Assembly (NCBI GenBank): GCA_964016885.1
Contig: OZ024742.1
Span: forward strand, 243,970,001 to 244,034,000
Source: Eledone cirrhosa
Lineage: Eukaryota
Direction: 5' to 3'
DNA: 64,000 nucleotides
Shown: positions 25,741 through 38,648 of the stretch, piece after piece
How the letters are laid out: the number at the start of each line of letters is the position of its first letter
Numbering within the stretch: the stretch's first letter is position 1
Made by a program: the position numbers and the translations under genes
Notes under the pieces: generated by a model
The model's input: the letters and a program-made list of their open reading frames with translations, nothing else
Database searches by the model: none
Told to the model about the DNA's origin: nothing

Positions 25741-26841
25741 ATGTGTGTTTTTAAATATATGTATATATAGACACCATCAATTATCATACAGTAGTTGTGT
25801 GAAGATGTTTACTTTTAACTGCAGATAGAAAGTAAATTGATCCTGAACAGATTTTCCTTTTTGGCATTGGGTAAAAAAAAAAAAAAATGAGTGAGATAGA
25901 GAGAAAGAAAAAACAACAATAAAACATTTTTTTAAATTGTTGATGTCCTATTATAGTTGCTAGTGTCCAAATCTAAAGATAGAACCCACTTGAGACATGC
26001 TGTAAGCAGCAGGCTTATGTGATCTCTTTTATCATTATCATCTTTGTCATTGTTGTTGTCATCTAAGCTTTTATATTCAGTTTCAATACTGTTTGTAGTA
26101 GAATAGGTTGTAATATGACTTCCCTTTGTTGTATCTTTGGTCAATCTTTTGTTAGCACTGCCCACCGCTTTCTAAAGTTACTTTACACTATATTATTCTT
26201 TGGTCAACATCCATCAATCTAGTCTACCATTTAGATGCAATTCTAAACTCAGATCCATTTGTCTACTATTTTTGATGTATAGCTTAATTTCTAAATGTTT
26301 TAATTTCCAAGTGGAAATTATCGCAAATTCAAATAAAATCACTCTAGGGACATTTACTGCTAGAGGATACCAAGAGATTATCTTTTAATTATTCTTGTTT
26401 AAACGTAGGGGAAAAAATTTCAAATTAAAGAAAGAAAACAAAAACACAAAAAAAAAATTAATGTGTTATTTTACTAGCTAAAAACGTCTGAGAAAGCAAT
26501 AATTGCCATTGCAATTATGATTATCATTATTGGCTTAAAACATTCAGAGTCAATTAACATATTAGGATTAGCTTGGATAGTTTATTCACTAATGTTTGTA
26601 CAGTTATTACTTTCATACATTTAATAATTATTATTAATGTTATCACAATGGCATGTTGTACATTTCCCCCCCTCAGATGTAGTTAGTGATTTGTCACTTG
26701 TAATGTCTTTGTAGAGTATTTTGTCCTACATTTCATCATCTATTTCACCATATATTTCATCATACATTTCATCATACATATGGATTGTTCTATTGGTAAA
26801 ATGTCTTCATTCAAAATCTGTGTTTATGCATTCAACTTATC

Positions 26842-27054
26842 TTAACCCTTTAGCATTTACTATTGTATTTTCACAAAAAAGTCTTTATCTCACATAAATA
26901 TCTTACATAATATTGAATCTGTGAGATTTTGATATTATTTATTTTGAGAACTATACCTTAATGTCAGTATGAGTGGCTAGTTACAACCTGTTTGAACAGA
27001 AAGAGGTGAGAGAATTCTGGCCGGATATGGCTGGTTTAACTGCTAAAGGGTTAA
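26842..27054 (+). mobile_element. piggyBac-type MITE family A
   Basis: TTAA|CCCTTTAGCA...TGCTAAAGGG|TTAA; interior shared with the copies at 43106, 57706 and 58544. Confidence 0.88.
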
Positions 27055-27509
27055 ATCTTTACCAGGTGATGTCTGTCACATTTACTGTTTCCCAACATGG
27101 AAGATACTTCCCTCCCCTGCCAAAATATAATTCTGGAAAATCTACTCTGTTTTGGAGGCTGAATGTTAGTCATAGGCCTAAACCTACATTTTCGAAATTT
27201 AGCAATTCAAAATGGTGGTGGTGAGGGTGGGTGAGGGATAGAGCATCCACAATGTTAGATCATCTTTGCTACAGGGAAATGTAATATTTTTTAAGATAAT
27301 GAAATTGTGTATGTTTTTGTTTTTTTTAACCTTAAAGTACATTTTTCTTTCAAAATGTTTCCTAATTATTAAAATTACATTTGATAACCATAGTTTTATC
27401 TGTAAGTTATTTATGTTCTGAAATTATATGAAGGTTACTCAAAATATTTTGTTGTAGAATATTAGTATTCACAACCAGCTATCTATTCCATTTTCTAGTG
27501 AGAATGAAG

Positions 27510-28030
27510 CCCATTGGGCTGGCAGGTGATCAGATGGCTATTGAGCCTGCTTAAATTTGTTACAAATGATTAGATCATTTCTTCAGAGAACTTCAAGAGC
27601 CTTGATCCCTCTGCATTCCTTGTACAGTGGCAGAAATGCCCATGTTTTCATGTTGCCAACACATATCCAGTAAAGTTACTTATCATGATAATGAGGTTGC
27701 TGACATCTGTTTTTGAAGTAAGCTCATAGAAGTGTTCCTGTTGCTATTATGTCAGTCATGACTAGTTTAAGGCCTAAGTTTAATTATTCTGTCACATAAT
27801 CTGAATACATCAATTACTGTATCTGTTCATTTCACTGCAAACAATATGCTTAGTCCATCCACTTCAAGACTGTTGCACATCCAGAGGAATTTGTATCTGA
27901 ATTTGCTTGTAAGGAGTTTTGCTTAAACTCTTCTTCATCTTATATCTTGTACACAGCATACACCTATTCTTCTCTGCTCTAACACACAGACCTTCCTACC
28001 TTTCATTGTGTGAATATAATCTGAAAGTCA
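27510..28030 (-). mobile_element. Degenerate RTE APE endonuclease fragment
   Basis: Minus-strand translation with frameshifts gives TMKGR...EQRRIGVCCVQDIR...YKFLW...DRIIKLR...RNAEGSRLLKF...HLIT, colinear with the APE of the 53-54 kb copy. Confidence 0.75.
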
Positions 28031-28409
28031 TGTGTTGGAAAGAAAGATGAGAGTTTTATTGATTGGTGGAGGTGGTTGTTGTGGTGAAGGGGTGGTACTG
28101 ATGGTGGTGAAGGGGTAGTAGTGATGGGTGTGTGTGGGAGGAGGGGGGGGGGGGGGTAGTGATGGTGGTGATAGTGGCAGTGGTGGCAATGGTGGTGGTG
28201 GAAGTTGGGAGTTCTTTAATGTGTGTTTGCACCTGAAAGGAAGAGTGTTTAATGGGATCATTGGATAGCATCGCTAGGGTGGGCTGGGGTGTAGTGCTCA
28301 CACCTGGTTATCTCACTAGCACAGCATTAATATGGAGTTAAGTCAAGTTGATGTAGTTGGCAATTTTCTTTGGTGCTGTGAATGTCATGTGTATTTCACA
28401 CACACACAT

Positions 28410-29420
28410 GCATGTGCGAACGATTTTAGCGAGATATTCAAGGTAGGAGTTCATCAAGGTTCAGTTCTTAGCCCACTGCTGTTCATCATAGTTTTTCAGG
28501 CCATAACTGAAGAGTTTAAAACAGGTTGCCCCTGGAAGCTTCTCTAAGCGGATGATTTGGTCTTTATAGCTTAAACCAGAAAAGAGCTAGAAAATAAATT
28601 TTGATTATGGAAACTCAATTTAGAATCAAAAGGCCTAAGAGTAAACTTAGCTAAAACTAAAGTGCTAGTGAGTAGGAGAGAAGACAGGACCCAGATTCCC
28701 TCAGGGAAGTGGTCATTCTCAATATGCAGAAAAGGAGTAAGCATAAACTCCATACACTGTACACAAATTAAATCTTGGGTACACAAAAGATGTAGTGGGA
28801 TAACGAGTAGGACTAACAGGAACTTTGTTTGTAGAAGATGCACAGGAGAAATCGAGAGGAAGCCTGCGTAGACATGGTTGATAGCTTCTGCTATCTAGGT
28901 GACATAATTAGCAGCGAAAGAGTGTGTGTGCTGAGAGTATAATAGCTAGAATAAGGATAGGATGGAAAAAGTTCAGAGAGCTACTTCCACTGTACAAACG
29001 TACAAAAGGAAGGCTGTATGACTCCTGTGTGCGGTGCGCAATGTTGCATAGAGTGAAATGTGGGCTGTGACTGCAGAGGACATGTGTAGATTAGAGAGAA
29101 ATGAAGCAACCATGTTTTGTTGGATGTACAGTGTAAATGTGAGAGAAAGGTTGAGCTTGGATGAGCTGAGAGAGAAGCTGAGCTTAAGGGGAATCCGAGA
29201 TGATGTGCAGGAGAGAAGACTGTGTTGGTATGGACATATGATGCGCATGGACAATGGCTGATGGGTGAAGAAATGGAAGGAATCCACAATAGAGGACAAC
29301 CAAGAAAGACCTGGGCAGAGGTTGTGAGAGTGGACCTCAAATCACTAAGACTGACAGAGGAGATGACATGCAATTCATGCAAGTATGGAAAAGCGGACAA
29401 AAGTGTGAACCTAATATAAC
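28410..29420 (+). mobile_element. Degenerate RTE fragment (RT C-half + PHD + 3' region), related to the 52.6 kb element
   Basis: KVGVHQGSVLSPLLFIIV, GCPWKLL*ADD, GKWSFSICRKGV...WVHKRCSG...FVCRRC, RRLCWYGHMMRM, RGQPRKTW. Confidence 0.9.
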
Positions 29421-29481
29421 TGTGTACAATAGCCTTCTGTGTTTTGTTTGTTCATTCCAACTATATATATATATACATATA

Positions 29482-29596
29482 TATGAAAAAATTCAGGGCC
29501 CCAACGACTGAGCTCTGGCCATTCCAACAGCTAGAGTTCGGATCTAGCTGTTGAAACAGCCAGAGCTTAGCCATCGTGGTCCTGAATTTTTTCGTA
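29482..29596. other. Nested imperfect palindrome / long hairpin (about 115 nt)
   Basis: GAAAAAATTCAGG/CCTGAATTTTTTC (13 bp), CTGAGCTCTGGC/GCCAGAGCTTAG (12 bp with one G-U), CAACAGCTAGA/TCTAGCTGTTG (11 bp), loop GTTCGGA. Confidence 0.85.
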
Positions 29597-29699
29597 TTAC
29601 CCACTCTACTACCCCAAGTATCAAGTATTCTGGTGGGTAATGCTCTAACTGGTTTTTACACCACCATTCTGACACACACACACACACACACACGTGCAA

Positions 29700-29932
29700 A
29701 CCAAGCACAGAACACACAAAAACAAGATGGTGTAGGACAGAACAAAGGAGAGACACAAAATAAAAACCCAGTCACTAAGGAGGTCACAGAATGTATGACA
29801 AAAGAGCTTTGACAAAATATAAACAACCATCCAGTTATCGAACCAACCAACCAACTGGAAATTTATAATAAATTGAAGTGAAAACCAACAGGTGCGTGTG
29901 TTTTTATTGGCAGCATGACTCTCCGAAAGTAT

Positions 29933-29935
<3 letters not shown>
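29700..29935 (-). repeat. Second copy of the 15690-15920 repeat
   Basis: Reverse complement reads gttatactttcggagagtcatgctgccaataaaaacacacgcacctgttggttttcacttcaatttattataaatttcca..., matching 15691 onward. Confidence 0.85.
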
Positions 29936-29982
<47 letters not shown>

Positions 29983-31443
29983 GTTTTTTTTTTTTTGCTT
30001 TGATATTGCAGGCAGTCATATTTGTTCCCATCCCTCCTAAACAGAGATCTCACTGTACAGCTGTTAGATATACCTTACTTAAGAAAAAACAGGTATGGCT
30101 TAGCATCAAGAAGGGCATCGGGCTGTAGAATTCTGTCTCCAAAAGTCTCAACTCATGACAACATGGGGAAATAGACGTAAAACTGCTGTTTATGATATAT
30201 CTATCTATTTTTTTTGTTTTTTTAAATTGTTTTCTTTTATTGCAAGTCGGATGGCCAGATTTTTTAGTATGAATACAGAGACATAAACAATTAAATTTCA
30301 ATAAATGTATGAATCACCATTATGTATAAAAAGGTATGTTACCATTACATGTCTGGTGGTGTGGCAAATAGAATATAGTTTTGTGGATCTTTGTTTCCTA
30401 ATTTTTGAGTAAAAGGCAGACACACACAGACAACTTTCATACACACACACATTTATATGTATACACATACATACAGCAAATTGGCAGAGATGTTAGAACT
30501 TTGGATAGAATGCTTCGCAGTATTCGTTCTGGCTTTCTACACTCTGAGTTCAAAAGCTGCCAAGGGAAACTTTGCATTTCATCCTTTTGAGGTAGATAAA
30601 AGAAAGTACCAGTTTAGTACTGGGTTCTATACTTCCTCTACAAGTCTTTCTCACATCCTCACAACCACTCTCTGTTTCTTTAGAAGAAATCGACTGTGTT
30701 CAGATTTGGTGAAGGGATGGGCTCTACCAAGTTTAATATGTCACTACAGCATCCCTGCAATTCATTATGAGTTATGGGTCCTTTCATACATACACAGTGT
30801 GACCCATAAATGACATTACCATTTAAACATTTATTAACATCTTTTTTTTTTTTGTCAATAATGTATTTTTTATTTTTATTTTGGAAATATATATGTTACG
30901 TGGAAATTTTCCATAATAAATTTCCAGGTAACATATTTTCACAATCTGAAACACTATATAAAAATAAATTATTGGTAAATAAATGTCATTAAATTTTTAA
31001 ATGTTAAAGCCATTTATGCCCCCCTCTTCCTGTGGTGTATGTAATGTTTCCGAGGAGAATAGAAGGTAACTTATATCGAAACATCTAAAAAACATTAAGT
31101 TAACCACCCTACTTTTCTTATATTGAGCGCTTTAATGTAACGCTGGTCTATGTAATCTTATTATTAAAGTAATCTATGATATATATATATAAATATATAA
31201 ATAAATACATACACACACACACACGTGTGTGTGTGTGTGTGTGTGCGTATGTGTGTATACATACACGCACATGCGCGCGTGCACAAAGATGCCTGACAAC
31301 TCTTGGCTGAAACCGGTATGATAAATTCCTTTTTTGTAAATAAATGTTTTGCTGTTCTATGAGAAAATCCCATTAGCATTTTCTACTGTTTTTCCTTTTT
31401 TACTATTATATATATATATCTTCGTTGACGCTGTACTAAAATT

Positions 31444-31476
<33 letters not shown>

Positions 31477-31740
31477 TGATGCCGCTCTGTCAAAGATGGT
31501 GATGTGACAGTTGTGTAAGACATGAGGATATAAAGAGTACTCATAAAAGTAGGGTAAGATGCCAATCTTCCACATGGTGATGCGAAAAATTTGCAAATCC
31601 AGTTACCCTTCTCAAGTCGTGTATTGTAGTGAAATATCAGAAGGTTATATCGAAGCTGGTAGAGCACCCACTCCAAAGGACAGGTTGGGTATAGAGTTAA
31701 TTCCACAATAATTACCAAACCATACTTGAGAACACCTAAT

Positions 31741-33140
31741 CATCATCATCATCATCATCACCGTTTAACATCCATTTTCCACACTAGCAAGGATTAGACG
31801 AGTTGTCCTGTTGTGAGACAGGCTAGGTCAGATGACCATGTCTTACTCATACATAACTGATTTTGACTTGGTTTCTATGGCTGGATGCCCTTCCTAATGC
31901 CAACCACATTTACAGTGCTTTTTGTCATGACACCTTTACGACCACTCCACAGTGTGGACTGGATGCCTTTTGTCTTGACGCCTACATGACCACTTTACAG
32001 TGTGGGTTAGGAACTCTTGTGTCACCAATACAACCACTTTACAGTGTAGGCTGGGTGCTTTTTGTTGTGACACCTACATGACCAATCTAGTGTGGACTGA
32101 GCACTCGTGGTGGTGGTACCCAAAGCGACCACTTTTCAGTGTGGACTGGGGATTTTTGGGGGAGGTGTATGGGGATTGAGGGGTAGATCTAGGGGCATGG
32201 GTGAGAAGTGGAGATTTAAGACGTAGGTACACATGGGAAGGCGGGTCCTCTGTATTACTGCATCACACCAGAGATCATGGTCCTGAATCATCACCTTTTT
32301 GAGGTGCAATTGTGCAAGGTCAGGTTTTATCACCTCATCTCAAGTCTTCCTATTCCATAGCTTCCATCAACTTTGAGTGCTCTGCACCTTTTTATACAGC
32401 CTTCATGCTTCATACTTATGGCATCTGCTTATGGACTATTCTTTGAAAACAAAAACTTCGAAGTAAGATATCTTCGACAAGCAAAAACTTTGTAGTAGAA
32501 TACCTTCGACAGGCCAAATACTTCAAATCATCAATTAGGGTTAGGGTTGTTTTAATAAATGTTCTTGATGACACTGGTTTTGATTACCCTTTTATACAGA
32601 TTATTGCTCAATCTTGTATTCGAAGAAGGTGTATGAAGCCAACTTTTCGATGTTTTGATTTTCTGAGTAAAATAATTTTGAAGTGAATGCACTTTGAATT
32701 ATCTGATTTTGAAGAAATGTGTTTGAAGATTTGTATTCAAAGAAATGTTTTTGAAGATAAGTCTGTAAATCGTATGACATCTCCATACCAACACAATTTC
32801 CTCTCCTGCGCACCACATCTGATCCCTCTTATGCTCAATGTCTCTCTCAGTTTGTTTATGCTTTGCTGTTCATCTATATTACCATTACACATCCATTGAA
32901 GCATGGAATCTTCATGTCTTTCCAATCTTTGCAGGTCCTCTGCACATAGCGCCCAGGTCTCACTACCATGCAACATTGCTGTTTGCATACAGGCATCATA
33001 CAATCTGCCCTTCATTTTGAAGAGAAAACCTTTTGTAGTTAACAGTGGTAGTAGCTCTCTAAACTTTCTCCAATCCGTTCTCACTCTGGCTACTGTGCTT
33101 TTGGAACACCCTCCTCCACTGCTAATTTGGTCACCCTGAC
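31741..33140 (-). mobile_element. RTE 3' fragment (same group as the 52.6 kb element) with 3'UTR and (GAT)n tail, interrupted at 32416-32771
   Basis: GDQISSGGGCSKSTVARVRTDWRKFRELLPLL...LHGSETWALCAED...WYGDVI|RMKHEGCIKRCRALKVDG; tail (CAT)n at 31741-31760. Confidence 0.88.
32416..32771. mobile_element. About 355-bp non-autonomous TIR-like element containing (TTAGGG)2 and repeated TTCGA/TTGAA motifs
   Basis: Removing it rejoins the RTE reading frame exactly (catac|gtatg). Ends are imperfect inverted repeats (gactattctttgaaaaca versus the reverse complement of tgtttttgaagataagtc); TTAGGGTTAGGG is at 32535-32546. Confidence 0.6.
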
Positions 33141-34029
33141 ATAGGTGTGGTGGTTTGTCACTGGTTGTCAAATGACCATATTTATTCATATATTCCAATT
33201 TGGCATGGTTTCTACAGCTGGATGCCTTTCCTAATGTAAACCACTTTACTGAGTGGGCTGGGTGCATTCCAGTATGGCATTAAGACTATTGCAATTGTTG
33301 TGTCCTTAAACCAGCCATAGAGTGGTGTTCATGGAAGGAGGAGATGTGGGCATAGTAAGAGTGGCACTGTAGGATATACATCATCATCACCACCATCACC
33401 ACGGGTGCATTCTATTGAGAGAGTAGGAGTTATTGCGCCTTTGACACAACTGAAGAGTCCTCTTATTCATTTTTGGCTTAGCTGGATAGACTTCCCTTCT
33501 TATCCTTTTTTGACATAGCTTCTGCAGTTGGATGCTCTTCCTATTACTAGCTATGTCATGGGCATGCTGAAATTTGACAGCAGTGTGAGGGAGGGGGTGA
33601 TCTCAGATAGTGTAGACAGTACTGTGATGAATGTAAACAGTTACCATTGCAGTTTATATGCCAACATCATACTGTCTACCTTTCCACTCTTTCACTATGT
33701 AGGCATATGGCTTAGTAGATAGGGTTTTCTGCTAGCGATCATAAAGTCATGAGATTGAGTCCTGGCAGTGTATTGTGTCCATGAGAAAAGCACTTTATTT
33801 CATGTTGTGCTTGTCCACTCGGCTAGAAAAAATGAGCTGTACCTGTAATTCAAAGAGCTGGCCTTGTGGCATTCTGTGTTAGGCTGAATCTCCCTGAGAA
33901 CTACAATAAGGGTAAATGTATCTGTGGAATACTCAGTTACTTTTATGTTAATTTTTCAAGCAGACTGTTCCATTAAACGTATCAGATGGAACACGCATTG
34001 TCAAGACTGACAGAAGGCCATTAATAATT

Positions 34030-34203
34030 GGCAGTATCGGTAGAGGGTCGGACGCCATGCTTTGACGCATTGAGTTACGGCCCTTGCCATTCTGAGTTCA
34101 AATCCCGCCAAGGTTAACTTTGCCTTTCATCCTTACGGGGCGATAAAATAAAGTACCAGTAATACACTGGGTAATTGCTGGCTTTGTGCCAAAAGTAGAA
34201 ACA
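34030..34203 (+). mobile_element. tRNA-derived SINE
   Basis: A-box-like TGGCAGTATCGG, B-box GAGTTCAAATCCC, central GCCTTTCATCCTTACGGGG-CGATAAAATAAAGTACCAG domain; ATTAATAATT duplicated on both sides. Confidence 0.9.
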
Positions 34204-36346
34204 ATTAATAATTATATGTGTGTGTGTAGTTAGGTTTTGAAGATTTTAAATAATCTGGGTGTAAACTGTATTCAGTAAAATCTTTTACTTATATATATGA
34301 CTGTGTATACGTGTGTATATATATGACATATTATATGTACATAATCAAGTCGTAGGAATGAGGAAATAAGAGAAAAATTGTGTCTGTATAATCTGTAAAA
34401 TGATATATAATACTGCCATTTCTTGGATGAGAAAAAATGAATTTTCAGTCTTTAGGGATAACAGGAAATATCTTTAACTAAGCTTTGAGAAATGTTGATA
34501 AATTTCTCAAATTAAACAATCTTTTATGCATATGAATTAAATATTTTCATCTTTAAAATTTTTTATTGATGTTTTAGAACTATGCAATTAATTACTCATT
34601 AAAAAAAAGTGGGTGGGTATTCACTGTGGTTTCTAAGTATTAAAAAAAATTAAATTTAGCATTTCTATCTTATGTTATTTTAAAATGAATTAAAATAAGT
34701 TAAGAAAAAAAAAAAAAAAATTTTTCAGTGTAAATGTCTTGAACTTTATTTATTTTATGAAGTAGTTTTCTGTGTGTGTGCACTTATGTGTGTTATATTT
34801 TTTCATATCATATTAATTGCCACCTCTTTTGGAAATTCTATGCAAAAATTTCTTATTAACTCATCTCATTCATTTACTCTTGATAAGGGTTCAATTAGAC
34901 AAACTATAAATATGTTTTATATTTGTTTTGTATTATTGTATTTGTTTCTTTTGCTGTTTTTCTTGGTTTTTCTTTTTAACTTGAAATAACTCAACTTTCT
35001 CCCTCCCTGCCTCTCCCCTTCTCTTTCTCTCTACCCTGGTACAGACAACAAAATTACTTCCATTGTGTATTTAGTTTTTCTTATCTTCTCCTCCTCTCCA
35101 ACCACTCATTTCTTTTTATTTGTATTTATTTACTTTCTAGTCTGTCTTAACTTGACATACATTTGGCCTCATTCTTTCCTGACTGAGGCCTTCTCTCTTT
35201 CTTTCCCTCTCTTCCACACACACATACATACACACACTCTCTCTCATTCTTCCCCTTCCCTATATCTTTCTTTCTCAGTCTATGACAACCTCCCACTCCC
35301 TCTTCCACACACCTTTTTATTCTGTTTCAGGTTCTTTTCCACCCCTTTATATTTATATATTCACCCCCTTCTTTCATCTCCACTGTAGCCTCTTCCTTAT
35401 TCCTCATCATTCTTCACTTCCTTCCTTCCCTGACATTTCTCTCACTCCTTCACCACCCAATCTTTTACACTCTTATTATTTATTATTTGTTACAGTCTTA
35501 TCTTCCATACCCCCCTCTCCCTCTCTCTCTCTCTCTCTCATTACCACCCATATTGATCCTGTCTTTGTTTTTCATTTACCCTCCTTCCACCACCACCCTT
35601 GTTTCTTAACTTGTACCACCAGCAAGTAGCTTGATATACAGACCTCCCTCTACTTCACCCCCACCTTCCACTGCATCTTGGGTAAAGAGTTTGTAGAAAA
35701 CATTTTGACTCAGCTCCATAGCTAACCCTCTTAGCTCTCAAGACTCTTTCTTCAGTCAACACACACACTCTCTCTCTCTCCGCTCATACACACCTTCACT
35801 CTTGATATCACCCTCTCTCTCTCACTCACTTTCCTGGATTTCTCCCCCTATCTCCGCCTGTTGGCTAACAGCTATCCACCACAGCTGCTTACATTTATTA
35901 TTATTATTGTTATTATTATTATTATTTTTTTTTAATACTCTCTGAGCAAATATTCAAACACCTTGGCTAATAACTGCTTTGTTACTTCTGCTCTGCAAGT
36001 TCTTTTCAGCCATAGCAATTAATTTCTTCTTCATATTCATTCATTCATTGAACCAGAATGCTTTCAATTTTGATTTTGCTTCCTCCTCTGCCATTGTTGC
36101 TTTGAAATTAGAACAATATCCCAGATATGATGGAGTGCTAAGAGAATATGTCACTGAAATGTAATCAGAAATTTTGTATTGATTTACTTTGTTTAATTTT
36201 AGTTATTCTATTTGGTTTTGAATCAGACTAAATCACATTGGCAATGTAGAATAATTTAATCACTCTATAATGGATTTCTCCGAGAGTGTATGTATGTGTC
36301 TATGTATTTTGCCCCATGTATAAATGTGTGTGTGTGTGTGTACCCA

Positions 36347-36398
<52 letters not shown>

Positions 36399-36533
36399 AT
36401 CTGAAACTTCGAAGTCACTTTCACTTTTCTTCTAAAACAAATAATACAGTTTTGCACTCTACCCACCAGTTTTGAGTGCTCAATCAGTTCATGTTTGAAT
36501 GTTTTAAATACTACTGTAATTTAAACACACATT

Positions 36534-36625
<92 letters not shown>

Positions 36626-37113
36626 AGTGTAGACGTGTATGTGTGAGCATATGTGTGTAAGGAGCGATTGTTCCCGATTTGAAAGTCCCTTTGCATTCCA
36701 TTCTCTAAATGGTATGTTGACATAGAGAATGATTAGCTGATAACCAGTTTTCTGGTGATAAGAGAGATCAATTGAACTCAGAACACACACATACCACAAG
36801 GCATGCTGTTTGACTGTAACAGTTCCACCAATCCACTGCCCTTAGACTGATACTCTATTGGGGTTTAAGTGCCAATTTAAGCCCAGTGGCATTTGAACCT
36901 AAGGTGTAGATTGTTGGAAAAAATACCACAAGACAATCTATTCTGATAACTCTGGCGATTTGACACCTATGTTAATGTATGTGCATCACCATTACCGTTT
37001 TATGTCCATATTTCACTGGGTCATCCCATTTTCAGATGTCTTGCTCATACATTCCAGTTTGTTATGATTTCTATGGCTGGAGATGTCCTTCCTTGGTGTT
37101 TGCTACTTTACAG

Positions 37114-37163
<50 letters not shown>

Positions 37164-37995
37164 TCACCATCATTGTTTAACATCAATTTTTCCATGCTTG
37201 GATGAGTTAGATGGGTCATCCACATAATGATGAAAGTCTGGTCAGAGTTGGCTGCACTGTACCCTGCTCATAATGGAACCATATTTTGGGAGCTGGGTTT
37301 TTACGGATGCTGGATGTCCTACCTAACACCAACCACGTTTACAGTGTGGTACCCCATTTAGTCTGGGGTTTTAAGGTGGCTGGATGCTCTTCCTAACAAC
37401 AACCATGTTTAAAGTGTGGAACTGGTGGCACCGTTATGAGACAAGTGTGACTAGTTGGTCTCTGGACCTGATTTGTCTCAATGTGATAACTTGCCTAACC
37501 CATGCAAGCGTGGAAAAATAGCATTAAGTGATGATGTATATATATGTGTGTGCGCACGCATTTCTACTTAGGCATTGTTAAACCACTATAGGATGAAACC
37601 TAAGCATACATGCCAGTTTTAGGTCTGCCTATCCATGCTGGTCAAGTGTGGCTATATATACATATGCATACACAAATTCATGGTTGTTTGTGTGTTACTT
37701 TTTCAGAAGAATTTGTACCTGTGTTCCTTGATCATAAGGAATCTTTGTAAGAGCCACCTACATCATACCTCTTGTACACAATACACATCTACTTATCTCC
37801 ACTCTAGTATCTCTACAATTTCTTTAAGTCTACCTCTTATCTTATAAATATCGATAGTGGCAACTTACAAAGTCCACAAACACCCAATCCTCCCATGCAG
37901 AGTTTTATTTGGAGTTTCTACTCTACTCTAGATGGGTTGTATTTTGTCCACATTTGTCTAATCCATGCTAGTGTGGAAGATGGACGTTAATCGAA

Positions 37996-38028
<33 letters not shown>

Positions 38029-38564
38029 AATGATGATCTTCCCACGATGTTGGGTATTTCACTACCAGCTGGTTGAGATTCTCCTGGAATTGTCACTTTG
38101 TGAACCGAGTAATATGGTTCGAGTGAGGATGATACTATGGTCTAGATAGAGGGGAAATGGTGTTTAACCAGCAAGCTGGACGAACAAGGTTTTTTGTTGT
38201 CAGGAGAGTTCAAACAATGGCATATTATCATTGTCAATATAGGGTTTGTGGGCCACTAGCATTGTGGTCATGCATTGCCCCAACATATGGAGTATGTATA
38301 CAACTTCTAGTACCGAAGAGAAATCAGTTACAGAAAAAACTATAGTAAGAGAAATAATAATTTCACTTAGCTGAAAGCTAGCAGAGTTCTTGTTATGGTT
38401 TATCTGTGGAAATGGGAGATAAATATGTCATATACTGGGGTCACAACAAAAAACAGGGACTAATATACAATATATGAAATAAGTTTGCATATAAGTAATG
38501 AAATACTAACTATTAAAGTTCTTTTTATTGTCATTTGAATGAAACATAAAATTAAATTATGTAT

Positions 38565-38648
<84 letters not shown>

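Noticed and set aside
25930-26340. Possible degenerate Penelope RT on the minus strand
   Set aside because: Motif resemblance is too weak to support by eye.
29508-29570. Hammerhead ribozyme (CTGA...GAAA)
   Set aside because: The core would need CTGANGA; the sequence is CTGAGCT and folds as a simple hairpin.
32535-32546. Interstitial telomere
   Set aside because: Only two TTAGGG units, located inside an inserted element.
34030-34110. tRNA-like A and B boxes
   Set aside because: No full cloverleaf; this is the head of a multi-copy SINE with TSDs.
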